A model generated the notes under the pieces. The model was not told the origin of the DNA. It worked only from the letters and a program-made list of their open reading frames with translations, and searched no databases. Both the position numbers and the translations under genes were made by a program. Shown here one piece after another: positions 6,423 through 8,521 of a stretch of DNA of 8,521 bases. How positions within the stretch are numbered: position 1 is the stretch's first letter; each line of letters starts with the position of its first letter. This DNA is from a virus (taxonomy: Duplodnaviria; Heunggongvirae; Uroviricota; Caudoviricetes). The stretch is taken from IMG/VR virus record IMGVR_UViG_2617270966_000007; one strand, given 5' to 3'.

Positions 6423-6729
6423 GAATCATTTGCCTCTTGATGCTTCGGGTATGATCGTTTTCGTCATTTGGTTGCTTCATCGACATATTCTGCGAATAAC
6501 ATGACGAGCGTCGTAAGTATGTCCAATCAACATCAGGACGAAGTTCTTCACACAGGACACCACCTTTTGTTGCTCGTTCAATCGCAGGACATCTCTCAGC
6601 AGGCAACTGACGTACACCTTTGATCCATTGATTTACGCTTGGAGGAGATACACCTAAAAGCCTAGCCATTGCTGATTGCCCACCGACAACAGCACAAGCT
6701 CGTTTGAATGAATAGTTATCTTTTTTCAT
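6406..6729 (-). CDS. Cro-like / YdaS-like HTH DNA-binding protein (first gene of the rightward early operon)
   Basis: ATG at 6729-6727 (MKKDNYSFKRACAVVGGQSAMARLLGVSPPSVNQWIKG...) with GGAG about 8 nt upstream; HTH in QSAMARLLGVSPPSVNQWI. Divergent from the repressor gene, downstream of the predicted PR. The ORF-track start at 6750 would lie upstream of the predicted transcription start. Confidence 0.75.
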   Translation of the reverse strand: MKKDNYSFKRACAVVGGQSAMARLLGVSPPSVNQWIKGVRQLPAERCPAIERATKGGVLCEELRPDVDWTYLRRSSCYSQNMSMKQPNDENDHTRSIKRQMIHENQT

Positions 6730-6756
6730 CGAATGAACTCCAAAAAACACGCAACA

Positions 6757-6824
6757 ATATTAGGCTTAGCCTAATGCAATTGTCAATAGGCTAAGCCTAA
6801 TCCATCGAGAGTAGGGATTGCCTA
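6757..6824. promoter_or_regulatory. OR-like operator cluster (three 13-bp operators) with divergent PR (minus strand) and candidate PRM (plus strand)
   Basis: Operators TAGGCTTAGCCTA (6761-6773), TAGGCTAAGCCTA (6787-6799), TAGGGATTGCCTA (6812-6824), centres 26 and 25 bp apart. PR on the minus strand: -35 TTGACA (6786-6781), 18-bp spacer, -10 TAATAT (6762-6757). Candidate PRM: -35 TTGCCT (6819-6824), -10 GACTAT (6842-6847), which would start transcription at about the repressor ATG. Confidence 0.6.
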
Positions 6825-6853
6825 ACGCGATGCGCATAGGAGACTATTAAGCA

Positions 6854-7330
6854 ATGCTTAGTGGTAAAGACTTAGGCCGAGCGATAGAGCAGGCCATTAA
6901 CAAAAAAATTGCATCAGGAGCCGTCAAATCAAAGGCGGAAATCGCACGTCATTTCAAAGTCCAACCACCATCAATCCATGACTGGATTAAGAAAGGTTCG
7001 ATAAGTAAAGACAAACTTCCAGAACTATGGCGTTTCTTTTCTGATGTGGTTGGTCCAGAGCATTGGGGGCTTAACGAATACCCCATACCAACCCCATCCA
7101 CTTCAGATACAAAAAGTGAACTTTTAGACATAAACAGCCTTTATCAAGCCGCCTCTGATGAAAAAAGAGCAATTGTGGCTTTCCTCTTATCTGGAAATGC
7201 TACGGAGCCTAGTTGGGTTGATCATGACGTTCGCGCCTACATTGCCGCAATGGAAATGAAGGTAGCTAACTATCTGAAAAATCAAGAATCAAAACGGAAA
7301 AGCCAGAACATCACCAAGACAGGAACTTAA
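6854..7330 (+). CDS. CI-type prophage repressor (XRE-family HTH, 158 aa; RacR-like by position and length)
   Basis: N-terminal HTH (SKAEIARHFKVQPPSIHDWIKKG). Divergent from the Cro-like gene across the operator cluster, and flanked on both sides by the same 13-bp palindromic operators. No obvious S24 peptidase Ser/Lys domain in the short C-terminal part. Confidence 0.8.
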   Translation: MLSGKDLGRAIEQAINKKIASGAVKSKAEIARHFKVQPPSIHDWIKKGSISKDKLPELWRFFSDVVGPEHWGLNEYPIPTPSTSDTKSELLDINSLYQAASDEKRAIVAFLLSGNATEPSWVDHDVRAYIAAMEMKVANYLKNQESKRKSQNITKTGT

Positions 7331-7344
7331 ACTTATATGGTCCG

Positions 7345-7366
7345 ACGGGAAATTCCTAGTTCCCGT
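7345..7366 (+). terminator. Possible weak terminator hairpin after the repressor gene
   Basis: ACGGGAA-attcctag-TTCCCGT (7-bp stem) followed by TAGTTAACT; the U-tract is poor. Confidence 0.25.
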
Positions 7367-7425
7367 TAGTTAACTCCTACTACCTCTCCCACAAACCATC
7401 ACCTATTAGGTCGCGCCCAGATTAT

Positions 7426-7467
7426 TAGGCATAGCCTATTGACAAGTAATTAGGCATTTCCTATAGT
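7426..7467 (+). promoter_or_regulatory. PL-like early promoter with two operators (OL-like)
   Basis: -35 TTGACA (7439-7444), 17-bp spacer, -10 TATAGT (7462-7467). Operators TAGGCATAGCCTA (7426-7438, abutting the -35) and TAGGCATTTCCTA (7451-7463, covering spacer and -10). Mirror image of the PR arrangement. Confidence 0.6.
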
Positions 7468-7648
7468 TTTCCCATACCAACCCATCCCGTCCCACACAAT
7501 ACAGGGCAATACCTCGAGTTACCAGGCAGTGGTCAGGGGTTAAGTAGCCAGCCCGATGCGTAAGAACATGACGGCAGGGTTCAACTTTAATAACTATGCA
7601 GCAGGTTTTTGTTCCGCTACCCCGGCGTTAAGGGGAAATGAGGTCAGC

Positions 7649-7801
7649 ATGGATACTATCGATCTTGGCAACAGCGAATCTCTGGTATGTGGTGTGTTCC
7701 CAAACCAGGACGGTACGTTCACCGCGATGACGTATACCAAAAGCAAAACGTTTAAAACCGCAGCTGGCGCGCGTCGCTGGTTAACCAGAAACACTGACTG
7801 A
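7649..7801 (+). CDS. Small early-left protein (50 aa), YdaF-like (DUF1391-type)
   Basis: ATG at 7649 (MDTIDLGNSESLVCGVFPNQDGTFTAMTYTKSKTFKTAAGARRWLTRNTD) preceded by GGGGAAATGAGG with GAGG at 5 nt. The ORF-track start at 7556 lacks an SD. Family assigned from recalled similarity to Rac ydaF. Confidence 0.6.
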   Translation: MDTIDLGNSESLVCGVFPNQDGTFTAMTYTKSKTFKTAAGARRWLTRNTD

Positions 7802-7812
7802 TGAGGTTGACG

Positions 7813-8214
7813 ATGGAATTTAAAGATTTACCAGTACCATTCCAGGAAATGGCATCGAATGTGGTTCGCTCTCAACTGGCGACTCTTGACCTGAGTACTG
7901 TAGAAAAGGAAACCATCGATACTATATCCGGTAACGTGCGTCGTGCCTTTATAGGTCTGTATGAAGAGAAGCGCCTATTCGGCGGACAGAATTCGCCTGA
8001 AAACAAGAATCAAGCAAATGATGAGAAGCTGAAACACATTATCGCCTTACTTTTGGAAGACGCAAAACGTCTACAGCAACTGGAACCAAATGCAGGCACA
8101 GAGGCCCGCATTTGGATTGCCATGAAATCACTCAAATGTGAAAGCAGTGATTATTTCAAAACAACAATTAAAACTACTCAACTTTCGGGAGAGCTACTGA
8201 AGAAATTGCCATAA
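7813..8214 (+). CDS. Hypothetical early-left protein (133 aa), no recognisable domain
   Basis: ATG at 7813 (MEFKDLPVPFQEMASNVV...) with GAGG 6 nt upstream, 11 nt after the upstream stop. Predicted mostly helical and charged. Last gene before the IS1 insertion. Confidence 0.6.
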   Translation: MEFKDLPVPFQEMASNVVRSQLATLDLSTVEKETIDTISGNVRRAFIGLYEEKRLFGGQNSPENKNQANDEKLKHIIALLLEDAKRLQQLEPNAGTEARIWIAMKSLKCESSDYFKTTIKTTQLSGELLKKLP

Positions 8215-8259
8215 GAGCATGGTCTTTCTCTTGTTCTGCAAGATGAGCATTAATACCTG

Positions 8260-8521
8260 GGTAGTGACTCCAACTTACTGATAGTGTTTTATGTTCAGAT
8301 AATGCCCGATGACCTTGTCATGCAGCTCCACCGATTTTGAGAACGACAGCGACTTCCGTCCCAGCCTTGCCAGATGTTGTCTCAGATTCAGATTATGTCG
8401 CTCAATGCGCTGAGTGTAACGCTTGCTGATAACGTGCAGCTTTCCCTTCAGGCGTGATTCATACAGCGGCCAGCCATCCGTCATCCATACCACGACCTCA
8501 AAGGCCGACAGCAGGCTCAGA
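8260..8521 (-). mobile_element. IS1 insertion sequence, partial (right end with terminal inverted repeat; continues beyond window)
   Basis: Terminal inverted repeat GGTAGTGACTCCAACTTACTGATAG starts at 8260 and resembles the IS1 IR as recalled. The interior encodes the InsB C-terminus on the minus strand. Confidence 0.9.
8275..8521 (-). CDS. insB: IS1 transposase InsB, C-terminal part (CDS continues beyond the window edge)
   Basis: Translation ...[71 protein letters not shown] matches the IS1 InsB C-terminus as recalled. The stop codon lies inside the terminal IR. Confidence 0.9.
   Translation of the reverse strand, partial: LSLLSAFEVVVWMTDGWPLYESRLKGKLHVISKRYTQRIERHNLNLRQHLARLGRKSLSFSKSVELHDKVIGHYLNIKHYQ

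Noticed and set aside
7474-7648. Possible nut-like boxA/boxB site or small RNA in the PL leader (for example the CCCC-N8-GGGG hairpin at 7621-7636)
   Set aside because: No convincing boxA-like sequence and only a weak 4-bp stem. The hairpin overlaps the ribosome-binding site of the first gene, and no N-like antiterminator gene is evident.
1-8521. Scan for CRISPR arrays, tRNA or rRNA genes, and attachment-site repeats
   Set aside because: No regularly spaced repeat array was found beyond the operator and iteron repeats already described, and no cloverleaf-like or rRNA-like segment. The window lacks integrase or att sequences, so prophage ends cannot be assessed here.

Overview
This window reads as the early region of a lambdoid (Rac/Qin-like) enterobacterial prophage, with most genes on the minus strand. 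From right to left: a partial IS1 at the right edge (8260-8521); a two-gene early-left operon on the plus strand (small YdaF-like protein plus an uncharacterised 133-aa protein); a plus-strand CI-type repressor flanked by five 13-bp operators (TAGGC-N3-GCCTA) with mirror-image PR/PL promoters; then on the minus strand a Cro-like HTH gene, a YdaT-like gene, an O-like replication initiator with internal iteron-like repeats, and a DnaC-like helicase loader. Further left are two translationally coupled hypothetical genes, a Nudix hydrolase plus HAD phosphatase cargo pair, a Hok/Mok toxin locus with a strong intrinsic terminator, a small hypothetical gene, and a gene running off the left edge that the ORF track missed. 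The strongest candidate for an undescribed system is the Nudix-HAD pair, which sits behind a conserved palindrome that recurs downstream of it; the PL-driven 133-aa protein and the coupled 256-aa/141-aa pair are the other candidates. No tRNA, rRNA or CRISPR array was seen. All family assignments come from motif recognition and gene order by eye; no database search was run.
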